A stretch of DNA of 64,000 nt from Acutalibacteraceae bacterium (GTDB lineage Bacteria > Bacillota > Clostridia > Oscillospirales > Acutalibacteraceae), in the NCBI GenBank assembly GCA_045586265.1, contig JAZMZY010000091.1, positions 5,921 to 69,920 on the forward strand, in the 5' to 3' direction. Below are positions 63,495-64,000 of the stretch, piece by piece. Within the stretch, counting starts at the first letter, position 1. Every line of letters starts with the position of its first letter. The notes below the pieces were generated by a model. The model searched no databases. It was given only the letters and a program-made list of their open reading frames with translations, and had not been told where the DNA came from. Both the position numbers and the translations under genes were made by a program.

Positions 63495-64000
63495 TTAGTT
63501 AAAAAAAAGTTCTTTTATTTTATCGAACAATGATTTTTCTTTTTCTCTTTCCGTGAAATTCATTGGTGCATTTTCAGTTGAAAGCAAATAACTTTCACAA
63601 AGGAATTTTCCATCATCTGAAAACACCTTGACACAACCTACCTTATCACCTTTTTTAACTCCCGAATAAAGAAATTTATCACACAGAACAATTGCTTCTG
63701 CGTTTATTTCTTCATTAAGGGCGGTATAGGTAAGCCGATTTTCCAATTTAACACCTAATTTTTTATTATCAGACCCGACAACATTTAGTTTTATTGCATC
63801 TGTATTGAATTCTATTTCGTAGCTTTTCACCCTTTCAAAGCCATACTCAAACAGCTTCTTGTGGTCGTTCCAATCATCAGGCGCAGATAGGGTTACTGCA
63901 ACAAGCGTTACGCCGTTTCTTTCACAAGCACTGACAAGGCAACGCCCCGAGGCTTTTGTAAAGCCTGTTTTGATGCCGAATGCACCCTCAACAGAATTCA
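63495..64000 (-). CDS. Serine-type D-alanyl-D-alanine carboxypeptidase, C-terminal part (5' end beyond the window)
   Basis: The ORF-track piece 63495-63830 continues in frame upstream. My translation is ...NSVEGAFGIKTGFTKASGRCLVSACERNGVTLVAVTLSAPDDWNDHKKLFEYGFERVKSYEIEF, which contains the KTG motif and a PBP5 C-terminal domain. Confidence 0.85.
   Translation of the reverse strand, partial: NSVEGAFGIKTGFTKASGRCLVSACERNGVTLVAVTLSAPDDWNDHKKLFEYGFERVKSYEIEFNTDAIKLNVVGSDNKKLGVKLENRLTYTALNEEINAEAIVLCDKFLYSGVKKGDKVGCVKVFSDDGKFLCESYLLSTENAPMNFTEREKEKSLFDKIKELFFN

Noticed and set aside
1-64000. A search for CRISPR arrays, rRNA genes, transposases, integrases, prophage genes and long terminal or inverted repeats marking mobile elements.
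   Set aside because: I found no regularly spaced direct repeats with unique spacers and no recombinase-like translations in the ORF track. The only strong tandem DNA periodicity is the intragenic LRR repeat at 42975-43600.

Overview
This looks like a low-GC Firmicutes chromosome segment, probably from a spore-forming member of the Clostridia such as an Oscillospiraceae or Ruminococcus-like organism; that placement rests on gene content and synteny only. Coding density is high: I call about 63 CDS (two cut by the window edges), 2 tRNAs, and a set of intrinsic terminators and sigma-A-type promoters.

Two long co-directional housekeeping clusters lie on the minus strand:
- 14.3-30.1 kb: ruvCAB, glmM, ecfA1A2T, truA, pgsA, clpE and neighbours.
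- 49.6-64 kb: dac, rluB, yicC, remA, gmk, rpoZ, priA, def, fmt, rsmB, rlmN, stp, prkC, rsgA, spoVM.

Accessory-looking patches sit at 1-14.3 kb (sulfatase, GH3 beta-glucosidase, membrane-tethered HTH regulators, a PadR module) and at 38.5-49.6 kb (GPH transporter, a DUF3990/DUF3791 cassette, a BspA-type LRR surface protein, a beta-helix protein). I saw no CRISPR array, transposase, integrase or rRNA.

The observations most worth following up are:
1. A single ORF fuses a TetM/EF-G-like translational GTPase to a Rae1/YacP-type NYN ribonuclease domain (14765-17356).
2. A self-contained four-gene DUF3990/DUF3791 cassette whose largest protein carries PARP-like H-Y motifs (40598-41878).
3. A PadR regulator has a palindromic operator candidate and two tandem paralogous membrane sensor-like genes (11823-14303).
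4. An unlisted 25-codon spoVM gene (49607-49684) has a promoter-like motif identical to one upstream of a 10%-cysteine protein (31699-32529).

All functional calls come from reading the translations and recalling protein families. No database search was run.
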